This document shows positions 41,401 to 51,745 of a stretch of 64,000 nt of DNA, one piece after another; within the stretch, counting starts at the first letter, position 1; each line of letters begins with the position of its first letter. The stretch lies in the IMG/VR virus record IMGVR_UViG_3300025039_000014, positions 32,001 to 96,000 of that record, one strand, 5' to 3'. The notes under the pieces are model-generated. The model did not search any database. It was given only the letters and a program-made list of their open reading frames with translations, and was not told the origin of the DNA. This DNA is from a virus. The position numbers and the translations under genes were made by a program.

Positions 41401-41708
41401 AGCTCAACAAATACGCCAAGGGTGGCATCGCCAAGTCACCACAGATTTCCGTATTCGGCGAGGGCGCCACGCCGGAAGCCTACGTCCCCCTGCCCGACGG
41501 CCGCTCGATCCCGGTGACGATGTCCGGCGGCGGCCAGGGCACACCGAATGTCCAGTTCAACCTGATCAACCAGTCCGGCCAAGAAGTCTCCGCAGAGCAG
41601 CAGGGAGGCGGCCGATTCGATGGCGAAACCTTCGTGCTCGATGTGGTCCTCAAGGCGGTCAATCGACCCGGCGATTTCCGTGATGGCATGAAAGGAGCAA
41701 TGCGCTAA
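38415..41708 (+). CDS. tape measure protein
   Basis: 1097 aa; AIQQMVGKGVISMEELRQQLGE; C-terminal YAKGG...GEGATPEAYVPL. Confidence 0.95.
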   Translation: MNDDDIQVVLTLEDQEFTLGIKNAKRLINEFRGSVHSAASSNKKLDTSFEHLVSRTRDFTVILAGAQAALRTIWDTTVGWQMQIMRAAGDIEKFQVMMKGMSQETSNASRELEALSNTKFITTFAQNAPFKMDALIDTFVKLKTVGIDPTNGSMKSLTDSVAAFGGNSDILHRASIAIQQMVGKGVISMEELRQQLGEAVPRAMEIMARSMDLSMGELVGKIQTGTVESRSAISKMLSEMTLVFGGAGDRMMTTWDGVLQSLEVKWKLFLKEVAGDGDDASSYFSTIKEMGRDLSDWLSSPEGLQFAKDMSAALADMAIKAQELFTWVYQNRDAIIQLGKAMLTYFVASRITMGIANIIGALRNMSVSTGMVATGMRDFSSQIGKVRAANSAMQASLATSNSAMMNLSTRATTLVGNVGRIGLAFAGLAGPIGIAVSIIGTAAMAFINMRRESNELAASIIRTRGVAATDKTLDELAEQREELDRQLANQQKTLQNIEGGSGQNLLARLLGSDNESSSEIVKGQLEKTQNEIQKNLEATRLSTEAMTQRQVDLAVSATQRIVSDGMSPLQAAFDKRSVELSKQLNDAKGDAKVVKQIHDDRLSAAENLRDGQVEILDQQIVAERGRLAKLQELNGAITDEEQASSNAVVNYLNDRKTQVAQAFENFRQTYNAANQFVVKPTKPTKLSKADDPAYIAKQQSDAAINSAERLFKSLDVQAAKAQGQLAETNPILEQTNEKLRQLWSQVRVEDMPAFEAFSESAREAAENLYQLQQQKKATDESDRAYMKMLGDTAGALDDTEEGRLLRAKVQTLEIAEQVKEYDKLIARMREFNVAPEEIQKLEAAKAAYQSSAMDKVSRDAESSWQSMLRSMREFKTDWAGMWQDSSNMAIDEMVRFAKSGKLSMTGLIDHVLEQLLRIQLQKSMVTPLSNLLDAGVNAAVGYYTGGMGGAQSYTGSFGANLGTGSQTQSYGGNFGSYLKTTASAMGNIMTEWGPAKLNKYAKGGIAKSPQISVFGEGATPEAYVPLPDGRSIPVTMSGGGQGTPNVQFNLINQSGQEVSAEQQGGGRFDGETFVLDVVLKAVNRPGDFRDGMKGAMR

Positions 41709-42085
41709 TGGCCTACGAAACGATGCCTAACTTCGGGGCGATGCCGGGCACCACCCAGGAGGACTCGGAGAAGTTCGCAACCTCTCGCGAAGACAACGCC
41801 GTCGGTCAGAACACCGAAGGCGGCTACACCATTTCACGCCCGAAGAATGGTCAGCCGGCGCGCCGCCTGTTCGAGACGGGCTTCGGCCCGCTCAACAACG
41901 TCCAGAAGGAACAGCTTGAAGAGTTCGACAACCGCGTCGGCACCATCAAGCCCTTCTACTACCAGCATCCACGCAACGGCGAGCTGATCCTTTGCCAACT
42001 TCAGGAGCGCTTGAAGTTCTCCTATATCGGCAAAGGCACCACGGCACGGTGGAACGTCACCCTCATCAAGCTGCGAGAAGTCTAA
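41708..42085 (+). CDS. distal tail protein (lambda gpM-like)
   Basis: Position after tape measure; size; ends LREV. Confidence 0.7.
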   Translation: MAYETMPNFGAMPGTTQEDSEKFATSREDNAVGQNTEGGYTISRPKNGQPARRLFETGFGPLNNVQKEQLEEFDNRVGTIKPFYYQHPRNGELILCQLQERLKFSYIGKGTTARWNVTLIKLREV

Positions 42086-42711
42086 TGGCCAACCACCACT
42101 CCATCGCTACCGTGATCGACAAGAACCGCGTCGCCTCCCTGGAGGCGTTTGTGCCGATGATGGTGATCGAGGTCATCAACGACAAGACCGGCGCTCATGT
42201 CGATACCCTGCGAGTCTGCAAAAACGGCAACGCTGACCTGACCTATCGGGGTGACCTCTACGTGTCGACGGACTTCAAGATGTCGTTCACGACCGAAGCC
42301 GACCGCCCTTCCGAATGCAACATCAATTTCTTCGATCGCACCAGTGTCGTCACCCGCTACATGGAGACCTATCGCGGCGGCATCGGCTTCAAGATCGATC
42401 TGTTCTTCGTCAACACCGGTGACATGAGCCAGCCGCCCGAGTTCAAGGAAACCTTCTCGGTGCGCAGCGCATCAGCGGACACCGGCACCTACATGATCAC
42501 CTTCACCCTGGGCATGGAAAACCCTTTGTCACTGCGCGTGCCGCGCCGGACTCAGCGTCGAGACCGGTGTCAGTGGCGCTACAAGGGCGACGAGTGTCGC
42601 TACTCCGGGAGTCTGAAATCGTGCGACTACACTTTGCAGGGCGATAACGGCTGCGCCGCCCACAACAACGTGAAGTATTTCGGTGGATTCCCTGGCATTA
42701 ACCCCGCATAA
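42085..42711 (+). CDS. tail tip protein (lambda gpL-like)
   Basis: CQWRYKGDEC...CDYTL...C...FGGFPG. Confidence 0.85.
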   Translation: MANHHSIATVIDKNRVASLEAFVPMMVIEVINDKTGAHVDTLRVCKNGNADLTYRGDLYVSTDFKMSFTTEADRPSECNINFFDRTSVVTRYMETYRGGIGFKIDLFFVNTGDMSQPPEFKETFSVRSASADTGTYMITFTLGMENPLSLRVPRRTQRRDRCQWRYKGDECRYSGSLKSCDYTLQGDNGCAAHNNVKYFGGFPGINPA

Positions 42712-42714
42712 TGA

Positions 42715-42734
42715 GTAAGTAAATGCTTACTTAC
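42715..42734. promoter_or_regulatory. operator copy 12, overlapping the gpK start codon
   Basis: GTAAGTAAATGCTTACTTAC. Confidence 0.75.
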
Positions 42735-43187
42735 TCTGATCTCCTAACTGCGACTTTCCGCTACAACGCACGCGGCCCCAGCCATTTCGATTGCTATGGC
42801 CTTTGCATGGAGGTGTCCCGCCGACTCGGCAGGACGCTACCCGAAATTCTGACCCCCAACGGACTGCTGAACATGCAGGAGTTGCTGCGCGAAGAGACCG
42901 AAAACGGCATTCGCTGGCGTCCTGTCCCGGCAACCGAAGGCGAATGGGGTGTCATGACGGGCCATCCACGCATCGGTCCACCCATCGAATACGGGATCAA
43001 GTCGGGCGCGATCGCCTACTTCCGAGTCAAGGGCTTGCTGGCGCACGTCGGAATCATCATCGGCCCTGACAGGTTTCTACACGCCTGGGAAAGGGCCGGT
43101 GGGGTTTGTTGCGAAAGGCTGTCCGCCTGGGAACCTCGCTTGGTAGGAATCTATGAGCACAAGTCTGATCCCCGTTGTCCAGATTGA
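42723..43187 (+). CDS. NlpC/P60 tail assembly protein (gpK-like)
   Basis: FDCYGL, HVGI, FLHA. Confidence 0.85.
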   Translation: MLTYSDLLTATFRYNARGPSHFDCYGLCMEVSRRLGRTLPEILTPNGLLNMQELLREETENGIRWRPVPATEGEWGVMTGHPRIGPPIEYGIKSGAIAYFRVKGLLAHVGIIIGPDRFLHAWERAGGVCCERLSAWEPRLVGIYEHKSDPRCPD

Positions 43188-46100
43188 GCCGCAGCACGTC
43201 AACCTGATCGTGGTTTACAACGCGCTGGACCTGCGCGACCGCGAGACCGCCAAGCTCAACTTCGATCCCTCCAAAACCCTCGCCGATTACATGCAGGGTC
43301 TCGAAGACGTCGATCAGTGGTCGGTATCGATCAACGGCGAGTCCTACTCTCCCGATGACTGGGTATTGATCAATCCCGCGCCTGACGACTACATCACGGT
43401 CGTTCCGATCCCCTATGGCGGCGGCGGCGGCAGCAAGAACATCATGCGCATGGTTGCCCTGGTAGCCATCGCCGTCGTGGCGCCCTACGCCGCGGCCTAC
43501 ATGCTCGGCACCACCGTCGCGGCGATGGGTATTGCCGGCGCAGCACTGACCGGCGTGATCACCATGGCCGGCGGCATGCTGGTCAACGCCCTGCTGCCGC
43601 CATCAGTGCCCTCAGCCAACAACTCGGTCAGTCAGAGCGAGTCGCCCACCTACGGCATCGACGGTTCGAAGAACACCCAGACCGAAGACACGATCATTCC
43701 GCTGATCTACGGCTCATACCGTTACGCCGGCAACATCGTCAATCTCTCGACCGATAACGAGGGCAAGACACAGATCGTGAAAGCGATGATGGTCGTCTCG
43801 GAGGGTGAGATCGACGGTATCTCCGACTTCCAGGTCAACGATCAGCCTTTCGACAACTACGAAGACGTCGAAACCGACTGGCGCCCAGGCGCTGCCAACC
43901 AGACCGCTTATGGCTGGTTCCAGGACACCAAGCGGATGGTCAACAAGGCCATCACGCTGTCGACCGAAGAGTGGGCGCAACACACCACCGAAGGTGAGAT
44001 CGATCGTTTCCGTCTCGACTACCTCTGGCCGCAGGGTCTGGTCAGTATCAACGACAAGGGCAAGCGGACGGTCTATCAGGCCGAGATGAAAGCTCAGTAT
44101 CGCAAGGCAGGCACGACAGCCTGGATCGATCTGCCACAGCGAATCTACACCGAAGCCGCGACCAGTCAGCCCTACCGTGTGTCTTTCGAGTCGCCGAAGC
44201 TCGCTGAAGGCATCTACGAGATTCGCACCCGTCGCCTGAACAACAAGGCCACCGAGGTCAACGTCTCTGACACGGTGCAGCTGGCCGATATCGTCGAGAT
44301 CATCGACGACCGGGTGCCCTACAACCACACGGCCTCCTTCGCCATCCGAGTTCGCCTGACCGATCAGCTCGGCAGCCTGCCGAAGATGACCGCGAAAATC
44401 CGCGGTATCAAGGTCGCCAAATACACCTACAACGGCGAACTCATCACTCGCGAGTGGTCAAACAACCCGGCCTGGATCGCAGTCGACCTGCTGACCAACA
44501 AGCGCTATGGCGCCGGCCTGGTGCTGTCTCGCATCGACTGGCGAGCATTCAACGACTGGGCGCAGTTCTGCCTCGACAATGAGCTGACCTTCAACGGCGT
44601 GTTCGACACATTCAGCAACGCCTGGGATGCCGCTCAGGTTGTGCTGCGCGTGGGCCACGCTCGATTCACCACTATCGGCACAACGCTCTCCCTCGCGATC
44701 TACCGCGCCAGCGAACCGGTGATGATGTTCGGCAACGGCAACATCATAGAGGGCTCGCTGAAACTCAACTGGTCGAGCATCGAAGATCGCTCCAACGAAT
44801 TCGAGATCGAGTTCTACGACAAGGAGCTGGACAACAAGCAGAACACCGTCCGCCTGATCAACGAAGACTCAATCGCTCGCGGCGACATGCAACGCATCTC
44901 GACGACCCGCATGGTGGGTATCGACAACGAGAAGCAGGCATACAACGAGGCACTGTTCCAGAAGGCGATGAACGAAGGGCTGGTGATGTCCGGTCAGCTC
45001 GAAGCGCCAATCGAAGCGATGGTGTGTGGTGTGGGCGACGTGGTGCTGGTGCAGCACGACATGCCGCAGTGGGGCGAGTCCGGCCGCATACGTCCGGGTT
45101 CGACAGCGAAGATCATCAAGATAGACCGCACGCTCGAGATCGGCGCATCACCGGTGAATATGTCGATGATGGTTCACCACTCGGTTGTGAAGCGCGCCAG
45201 CCCGACAGTGGCAATTGTCAACCACAACTCGGGCAGCGTGTTCATCCAGGGAGTGCCGGCGTCTGTCGCGGCCACACGCCTGGTCTTCGGCGACCAGGAT
45301 CGCCGGATTCTCTCGATCCGCTCGGCCAACGGCTACACCGAGATCCAATTGGCGGACACCGATGGCTTGGCTGTCGGCACCGGATTCGAGCTCTGGGATA
45401 CCGATGTCATCGAAGCGCGTCAGATCGCGTCCTACGATGCGGAAACCTCGCAGATCACGCTGGTCAGCGCGCTCGGCCAAGTGCCGGCTGATCTGAGCAA
45501 TTACATGATCGGTGTCACCGACAAGGCCGCGAAGCCATTCACGGTCGTTGGCGTATCGGGCGACGGCGATTATTCCCGCGTGCTCAAGCTGATCGAATAC
45601 AACGAGACCATCTTCGATCCGGCCAACTTCCAGCCGACGCCGATCTATTCACGTCCGGTCCAGACAGTTCAGCATGTCCGCGATCTGACGGTGATCGAAG
45701 ACAGTATCATCAAGTCCGCCTCGCTGATCAGCAGCCTTATCGTGAGCTGGAGCCTGCCGGAAGATGGCAACTACGCCGGCGCCAAGGTCTATATCGCTCG
45801 CAACGGCGGAGAGATGGAGATCCACGGTATCGCCGGCGCGGGCGTGACCTCCTACCACCTGCAAGCCAAGTTCGGCGAAGAGCTAGTGATCCGCGTGGTG
45901 GCATACGACGGCGGTGGACGCACGGCGAACTACAACACCGCCCCGCAGGTCACCTACAACGTCACGGGCAGTCTCGATGTGCCAGCCAACGTCACCGGCT
46001 TCACGGCGCGCCTGGATCGTGACGGTGTCGAGCTGAACTGGATCAAGCTCGCTGATCCTGATGTCGTTGGCTACGAGATTCGCGAAGGCGAGGATTGGGA

Positions 46101-49100
46101 GACCGGCACCCTGATCGTCGAGGATCACGCCGGCACCCGTTTCTTCACCACCCTGAAAGAGAACGGCGTCTACTCCTACTGGATCAAGGCCATCGATCTC
46201 CGCGGCGCCATGTCTCGCGTCGCGACAACCGCCTCCGTGCGCGAGCTGATTACCCCGCCCGTGCCGGATGGCGTGTCCATCACGGTGACGGCGTTCACGG
46301 CGACCATCGTCATCGCTGCCGCCCCGTTCGGTATCACCTGGGAAGTCTGGCGTTCCAACGCGCCGCTGCTAAACGGTCAAATTCTGTCGAATGCTGTCCT
46401 GGCCGGCACCGGCGACACCGTGCAGATCGTGGGTCTGGACTACGACACGACCTACTACCTGTATATTCGCGGCCGTTCGGCGTTCGGTGTCAGCGCCTGG
46501 TATCCGACACAGTTCCAGACCAGCGCCGATCCTGCCGAGATTATGGAGTTCATCGCTGGTCAGATCGATGAGTCGGCACTGGCCCAGGAGCTGGCTAAAG
46601 AGATCGAGAAAATCTCTGCGCCCGAGGGAATCGTTGGCTCCGTCAATGAGCGCCTTGCCGGCGTCCGTGATGACCTAGCCGATGAGGCTGTGCGCGTCGA
46701 CGGTTTGATCAACGAGGCGAACGAGTCGACCAACAAGGTGCAGCAGAACCTGTTGGACGAAACCGTCAGACTCGACGGCCGTGTAGACGGTATTTCACTG
46801 TCGATTGATGCCACCCAACTGACTCTCTCTCAACGAGACGATGAGCTGGCACAACGCCTTCTCGAAGCCGAGACTTCCATCGTCGACGAGGCCAGGGCCA
46901 GTAAGGATCGCGATTCTGCGCTGACCGAGACTGTCCAGGGCATCACGGCCACCTTCGAAGATAATAACGCCTACCTGGGCGAGCTCCGTCGGGTCGAGGC
47001 TGAGCGTGACGCGATTCAGGCTATCCAGTTCGAAGCTCTTGCCGTCACCGCAGCCAACCGAACCGCATCGATCCGCACCGAGAAGCAGATTCGTATCGAT
47101 GGCGACACGGCAGAGGCTAGTGAGCGCTCCGCCCTCGAGGTTCGGGTTAACGACAACGAAGGCGCCATCGTCACCGAGTCTTTGACTCGCGCCGACGAGC
47201 TATCTGTCATCTCATCCCGGATCGGTGAGCTGTCTGCGAAGCTGGATGCCGTTCCGCAGTTCGGCTCAGGGTTCGAGCCCGGCACTGATTTGACGCAGTG
47301 GCAAGTGCCGACGACTGACACCCTGACGGTCCAGTCAGTCGACATTTACCAGGGCACGCAATCAGCCCTGCTGACGTCATCCTCGGCTACCCCGACGCCT
47401 GGCACCGACGGTATCGGTGTAACGCGTGCGTTGATCCCCTCCGGGGCGGCGGAAGCGTTCGAGGGCTACGAGATCGTGGTTCAGATCGCGGCCAAGCAGC
47501 CGGCGGACAATCCCACTGCCGAGTTCGCAATTGCCTTCGCTACCAACGGTGTCGGCAGCAGCACCTGGCGCATGTTCACGCCGACGCCGTCCTGGGACGT
47601 CTACCAGTTCACTTGGCAGGTGCCGGAAGGCTCGACGGTTGGTGTCAACAACATCGCGATCTGGGCGGACACCTCCGGCTCAGGAAAGGGGCTTCTGGTG
47701 GATGGCGTCACGGTTCGCCGTGCGAATGCCGAGATCAGCGAGATCACCGCCGCGATCACCACCGAGCAGGAAGCTCGCGTCAGCGCCGATGAAGCGCTGT
47801 CCACGGATATCCAAGCGACCACTGCGCGTCTGGGACTCGCCGAAGCCGCCATTCTCGAAGAGATCACCGCTCGCGCGACCGCCGAGGAAGCGACCACCGG
47901 TCAGATCACCGCCATCACGACGCGGGTGGGTGACAACGAGACTCGGATCGCCGAAGAGACGCAAGCACGAACCACCCAGACCGACGCCCTGGCCACCCGC
48001 ACGACCGCCATGGAGACGCGGATGGGTGAAGCCGAAGGCGCCATCACCTCAGAGACCGAAACACGGGCCACGGCGGATGAAGCACTCGGTCTCCAGATCG
48101 AAGAGATCAAGGCTGAGATGGGTGGCGATACCGCCGCAGTGGTCGAGGAACGTCAGGCGCGTGTCACGGCCGACAGCGCCCTCGCCTACCAAATCTCGAG
48201 CGTATCGGCACGCGTCGACGACGCAGCGGCACAGCTTCTCAACGAGCAGCGAGTTCAGATCGAGCAGGCAAGCCTCGACGCGGTGCAATTCGAGGCGATC
48301 GAAGCCTCACGCGCCGGAAGCACGGCATCCATTCGCACCGAGCAAAACATTCGCCTGGAAGATGACCTGGCCGAAGCCTCCCGACGCGAGTCGATCGAGA
48401 CACAAGTCGGCGATCTGGAGTCGACGATTACCGAGGAAGCGGTAGCCCGAAGCACCGCCGATATGACCCTGGCCGACCAGATCAGCCAGGTTTCAAGCAA
48501 GGTCGATCAGAACCAGGCCAGCGTCTCCGAACAGATCAAGACCTCGATCACCGGTAATTCGTTGATTCGTGATGGTTCGTTTGAGCTGGGTGATCTGGCC
48601 CTCTGGGGCGGCAGCGCCGTCAGTATTTCGAATATCAGAGAACGCCGTGACAGCACCTCGCCACTGAACCAAAACGCGCCGGCACGTTACTTCGTGGAGC
48701 TTGATGACGTAAACCACGACACCACAGCCTACCTGCATAACCAAGGTATGGTTCCTGTCACGCCAGGTGCGCAATACACCTTCGATGCTTCCTATGCAGT
48801 CAGAGGCGAAGGCGACATCAGTATCGAGTTCTCGGTGCGATTTTTCGACCAAGATGGCAATCAGGTTTCTTGGCCGTCGATCAAGCGTGTCAACCATGCA
48901 GAGACCGTTGCGTGGCTGAAACTCGGGCCGGTAACGCTCACCGCTCCGGCAGATGGCGTCCAAGCGATGATTATCATCGGTCGGATCTCGGGTGGCTCCG
49001 GCAGCCTGCTCGTGACCAACATCCGCGGCTATCGGGTGGATGAGGCGCTGGCTTCCAAGATCGATCAGGTCCAGGCATCGATCGGCCCCAACATCGCCAC

Positions 49101-50733
49101 CGCGATGACAGCCTACGAAACCAAAATCGATGCTAATTCGTCACGTTCGTCGCTTTCCACGAACCTGACCAGCCAGTATCAGAGCTTCGTCGCGAGTCAG
49201 CTCACCAAATACGAAACCACGTCCACCGCCAACCTGGCGCGATCCACCCTACAGACCGACGTTCAGGCGTATACCGACAACAAGTTTTCGGCGGTTCAGC
49301 TCACCGCGTCGGCGACCGCCTCGGGCACCAGTCTCGTTACCAACGGACTGTTCGCCAACGGTTCGATCGAGGGCTGGGGCGATTCCACGCTGGTCAGGAT
49401 TCTCAACAAATCAGACAGCGCGTCGGTCATCTACAAGAACTGCCCCACCAATTACTTCGCCGAGTTCGGTGACGATCAGCACGACCTCGACCGCTACTTC
49501 GTCGGCGAGTGGAAAGACTGCGCCGCCCACGAAGAGTTTGCCGGCAAGTTCAGTTGTTGTCGGGGTAGTAGTTCCGGCGGCCGGCTGGATATCGCGATTC
49601 AGTGGCGAGACGTCGATGGCGTGCTTTTCTTAGGCGAAACCATGCAAACGGTGACGTTGACCGATGAGGCTGCCGGCTCCTGGCAAACCTCGGAGGTCAG
49701 CTCGACCATCTCCCCCGGTGGAGCGGTGAGAGCCCGCGTTCTCATTACCCGCAAGGCCGGGAGTTTCGGAAAGCTCTATTTCACCAACGTGGTGATGGTG
49801 CGCAACGACCCGGCACTGAACGCCTTCTACACCGCCAAGGTCAGCTCGAATGGCCTTATCGGAGGCTTTGGCATCTACAACAACGGTCTGACTGTTGACG
49901 CCGGATTCGAGGTCGACAAGTTCTGGATCGGCCGCACGGAGGGCAAGGTCAAACCCTTCGTCGTGATGAACGGCAGCGTCTACATGGACGACGCCATGAT
50001 CAACACCGTGACGATCGGCAAGCTGCGCTCGGCGACAGGCGGCGTCATCATTTCCGGCGGCAAGATCAAGGCGGAATTTATCGACGCTGACAATCTGGTC
50101 GTGAAATCAGCTGCGACGTTCACCGGTCAGGGCTCGCTATCCAAGAAAAACTCGCTGGGCTATTCGGAGGTTACAGGCACCAAGCCGCCGACCGATGCTG
50201 ACCGCACGGCTTCGAACATCTCGTATGACACCAAGCGCGCCGGCGGTCGAAATATCGGCGACGTGCTCGAGGACGTGGCTGTCACTCGAAACCGGACGAA
50301 CTACTGGATTCGTCCAGGCGAGACGACGATCAATGGCAACGCCATCTACACCGGGGACGCATACGTCGACACCCTTCAGATCAAGGGCGGAGCCATCATC
50401 GTGCCGCGTCAGGCGTTCGGTGTGGGTCAGGCTTCGGCTTCGCTCAGCATCGGCTCAGGCGTCTTCCCAGGCCCGATGGTGACGCTGATCTGCATGGCGT
50501 CGTTCACCAAACTCGGCGATGGCGACCAGCGGGTGATCATCGAGTATCGCAATCGCGAGCAGTTGAACGAGTGGATCAAGCTGGTGACGGAATGGCCGGA
50601 CACCTACACGATCTCAACCATCATGGGCTTTCGTCAGATCGGCAACACCGGCGTTCACGATGTCCGTGCGCGCTTCACCGACTCGAACAGTGACGGTCGA
50701 GTGTCACTGGTCTTCTTCCTGGGGCAACGCTAA
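43153..50733 (+). CDS. tail tip/central fibre host-specificity protein (gpI+gpJ-like), 2526 aa
   Basis: GGGGSK gpI-like N-terminus; IPLIYG, SEGEIDG, WSNNPAW; FN3-like region; E..AR..AD coiled coils. Confidence 0.9.
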   Translation: MSTSLIPVVQIEPQHVNLIVVYNALDLRDRETAKLNFDPSKTLADYMQGLEDVDQWSVSINGESYSPDDWVLINPAPDDYITVVPIPYGGGGGSKNIMRMVALVAIAVVAPYAAAYMLGTTVAAMGIAGAALTGVITMAGGMLVNALLPPSVPSANNSVSQSESPTYGIDGSKNTQTEDTIIPLIYGSYRYAGNIVNLSTDNEGKTQIVKAMMVVSEGEIDGISDFQVNDQPFDNYEDVETDWRPGAANQTAYGWFQDTKRMVNKAITLSTEEWAQHTTEGEIDRFRLDYLWPQGLVSINDKGKRTVYQAEMKAQYRKAGTTAWIDLPQRIYTEAATSQPYRVSFESPKLAEGIYEIRTRRLNNKATEVNVSDTVQLADIVEIIDDRVPYNHTASFAIRVRLTDQLGSLPKMTAKIRGIKVAKYTYNGELITREWSNNPAWIAVDLLTNKRYGAGLVLSRIDWRAFNDWAQFCLDNELTFNGVFDTFSNAWDAAQVVLRVGHARFTTIGTTLSLAIYRASEPVMMFGNGNIIEGSLKLNWSSIEDRSNEFEIEFYDKELDNKQNTVRLINEDSIARGDMQRISTTRMVGIDNEKQAYNEALFQKAMNEGLVMSGQLEAPIEAMVCGVGDVVLVQHDMPQWGESGRIRPGSTAKIIKIDRTLEIGASPVNMSMMVHHSVVKRASPTVAIVNHNSGSVFIQGVPASVAATRLVFGDQDRRILSIRSANGYTEIQLADTDGLAVGTGFELWDTDVIEARQIASYDAETSQITLVSALGQVPADLSNYMIGVTDKAAKPFTVVGVSGDGDYSRVLKLIEYNETIFDPANFQPTPIYSRPVQTVQHVRDLTVIEDSIIKSASLISSLIVSWSLPEDGNYAGAKVYIARNGGEMEIHGIAGAGVTSYHLQAKFGEELVIRVVAYDGGGRTANYNTAPQVTYNVTGSLDVPANVTGFTARLDRDGVELNWIKLADPDVVGYEIREGEDWETGTLIVEDHAGTRFFTTLKENGVYSYWIKAIDLRGAMSRVATTASVRELITPPVPDGVSITVTAFTATIVIAAAPFGITWEVWRSNAPLLNGQILSNAVLAGTGDTVQIVGLDYDTTYYLYIRGRSAFGVSAWYPTQFQTSADPAEIMEFIAGQIDESALAQELAKEIEKISAPEGIVGSVNERLAGVRDDLADEAVRVDGLINEANESTNKVQQNLLDETVRLDGRVDGISLSIDATQLTLSQRDDELAQRLLEAETSIVDEARASKDRDSALTETVQGITATFEDNNAYLGELRRVEAERDAIQAIQFEALAVTAANRTASIRTEKQIRIDGDTAEASERSALEVRVNDNEGAIVTESLTRADELSVISSRIGELSAKLDAVPQFGSGFEPGTDLTQWQVPTTDTLTVQSVDIYQGTQSALLTSSSATPTPGTDGIGVTRALIPSGAAEAFEGYEIVVQIAAKQPADNPTAEFAIAFATNGVGSSTWRMFTPTPSWDVYQFTWQVPEGSTVGVNNIAIWADTSGSGKGLLVDGVTVRRANAEISEITAAITTEQEARVSADEALSTDIQATTARLGLAEAAILEEITARATAEEATTGQITAITTRVGDNETRIAEETQARTTQTDALATRTTAMETRMGEAEGAITSETETRATADEALGLQIEEIKAEMGGDTAAVVEERQARVTADSALAYQISSVSARVDDAAAQLLNEQRVQIEQASLDAVQFEAIEASRAGSTASIRTEQNIRLEDDLAEASRRESIETQVGDLESTITEEAVARSTADMTLADQISQVSSKVDQNQASVSEQIKTSITGNSLIRDGSFELGDLALWGGSAVSISNIRERRDSTSPLNQNAPARYFVELDDVNHDTTAYLHNQGMVPVTPGAQYTFDASYAVRGEGDISIEFSVRFFDQDGNQVSWPSIKRVNHAETVAWLKLGPVTLTAPADGVQAMIIIGRISGGSGSLLVTNIRGYRVDEALASKIDQVQASIGPNIATAMTAYETKIDANSSRSSLSTNLTSQYQSFVASQLTKYETTSTANLARSTLQTDVQAYTDNKFSAVQLTASATASGTSLVTNGLFANGSIEGWGDSTLVRILNKSDSASVIYKNCPTNYFAEFGDDQHDLDRYFVGEWKDCAAHEEFAGKFSCCRGSSSGGRLDIAIQWRDVDGVLFLGETMQTVTLTDEAAGSWQTSEVSSTISPGGAVRARVLITRKAGSFGKLYFTNVVMVRNDPALNAFYTAKVSSNGLIGGFGIYNNGLTVDAGFEVDKFWIGRTEGKVKPFVVMNGSVYMDDAMINTVTIGKLRSATGGVIISGGKIKAEFIDADNLVVKSAATFTGQGSLSKKNSLGYSEVTGTKPPTDADRTASNISYDTKRAGGRNIGDVLEDVAVTRNRTNYWIRPGETTINGNAIYTGDAYVDTLQIKGGAIIVPRQAFGVGQASASLSIGSGVFPGPMVTLICMASFTKLGDGDQRVIIEYRNREQLNEWIKLVTEWPDTYTISTIMGFRQIGNTGVHDVRARFTDSNSDGRVSLVFFLGQR

Positions 50734-51269
50734 TGGCAGATGAAACGACGGCAACGACCGAGATCGAAGCCGATGACGAGGAATACGGGGTGGTGTCGTC
50801 AAAGGACGACCTGCCCTTCGTGATGCCGATGGAAGAGTTCCCCGAACTCCCGGAAGGCGGTATTCAGGAGCCAGTGCCGCTGGTGAAGTTCACGGTCTAC
50901 AACAACGAGACCGGTCGAGTCACCCAGTTTGGGGAATGCGCTGCCGATGAGCTGGAATTTCAGGACCAGGACGAACCTCACCTGACCGTCATCGAGGGCG
51001 TTTACCATTTCGACGACTACTACGTCGACCTGGCCACCCATGAACCTCGCGAGAAGCAAAACTACCTCTACCGGCTCGAGACCACGCCGCTGACGCTGAC
51101 GATCATTGGCCTGCCCGCCGGAACGAAACTGGCAGTTGCCGGTATGGCTCTTGTGACCGACGAAGAGGCAACGGAGATCGACTTCGACGTGCCCGGCACG
51201 CACGAAATCAGCCTGTCGGGACTGGTCTCTCATCACAACACCAGCTTCGAGGTGACGATCGATGGCTAA
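50733..51269 (+). CDS. tail-associated hypothetical protein
   Basis: Coupled to gpJ; FTVYNNETGRV motif. Confidence 0.65.
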   Translation: MADETTATTEIEADDEEYGVVSSKDDLPFVMPMEEFPELPEGGIQEPVPLVKFTVYNNETGRVTQFGECAADELEFQDQDEPHLTVIEGVYHFDDYYVDLATHEPREKQNYLYRLETTPLTLTIIGLPAGTKLAVAGMALVTDEEATEIDFDVPGTHEISLSGLVSHHNTSFEVTIDG

Positions 51270-51663
51270 ACTGTCCGTCCGCAAATTCGAGTGCCAGGAT
51301 GCGGCGATCGCCGATCACTGTCTCAAGGTCGATCAGGCTGCCGAAGAGGCACGCTCGCGGTTTCTGACCTCCGGCACCGGCCAAGCCATGGCCTATCAGT
51401 CGAAGTTCGAGGATGCCTCGCGCTTTCTCGCCAATGAGGCTGGCGCCTTCCCATGGCTCGGGGCGGAAGCCGAGATTCGGGACAAGACGATGCGCGAGGT
51501 GGCGACAGTCATCGTAGAGACCCGCAAAAAGTGGGACATGATCGGTTCCACTATAGAGATCCATCGTCTCCAGGCGAAACAGGCAATTCGCGATGCCAAG
51601 ACACCGGCAATCATGCATGCGATCGCCGAAAGCACCGTCAAAGCTCTCTCAGAACTCGCGTGA
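51262..51663 (+). CDS. tail fibre assembly-like protein
   Basis: VDQAAEEARSRFLTSGTGQAMAYQSK...RLQAKQAI. Confidence 0.65.
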   Translation: MAKLSVRKFECQDAAIADHCLKVDQAAEEARSRFLTSGTGQAMAYQSKFEDASRFLANEAGAFPWLGAEAEIRDKTMREVATVIVETRKKWDMIGSTIEIHRLQAKQAIRDAKTPAIMHAIAESTVKALSELA

Positions 51664-51678
51664 GGGCTTGACAAAATA

Positions 51679-51698
51679 GTAAGTAAGCGCTTACTTAC
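51679..51698. promoter_or_regulatory. operator copy 13 (perfect palindrome) next to TTGACA, upstream of lysis genes
   Basis: GTAAGTAAGCGCTTACTTAC. Confidence 0.85.
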
Positions 51699-51745
51699 CA
51701 TGATATGATTGCCCGGTCATTAACCTTTGGCGGGGAGATTGCGAC

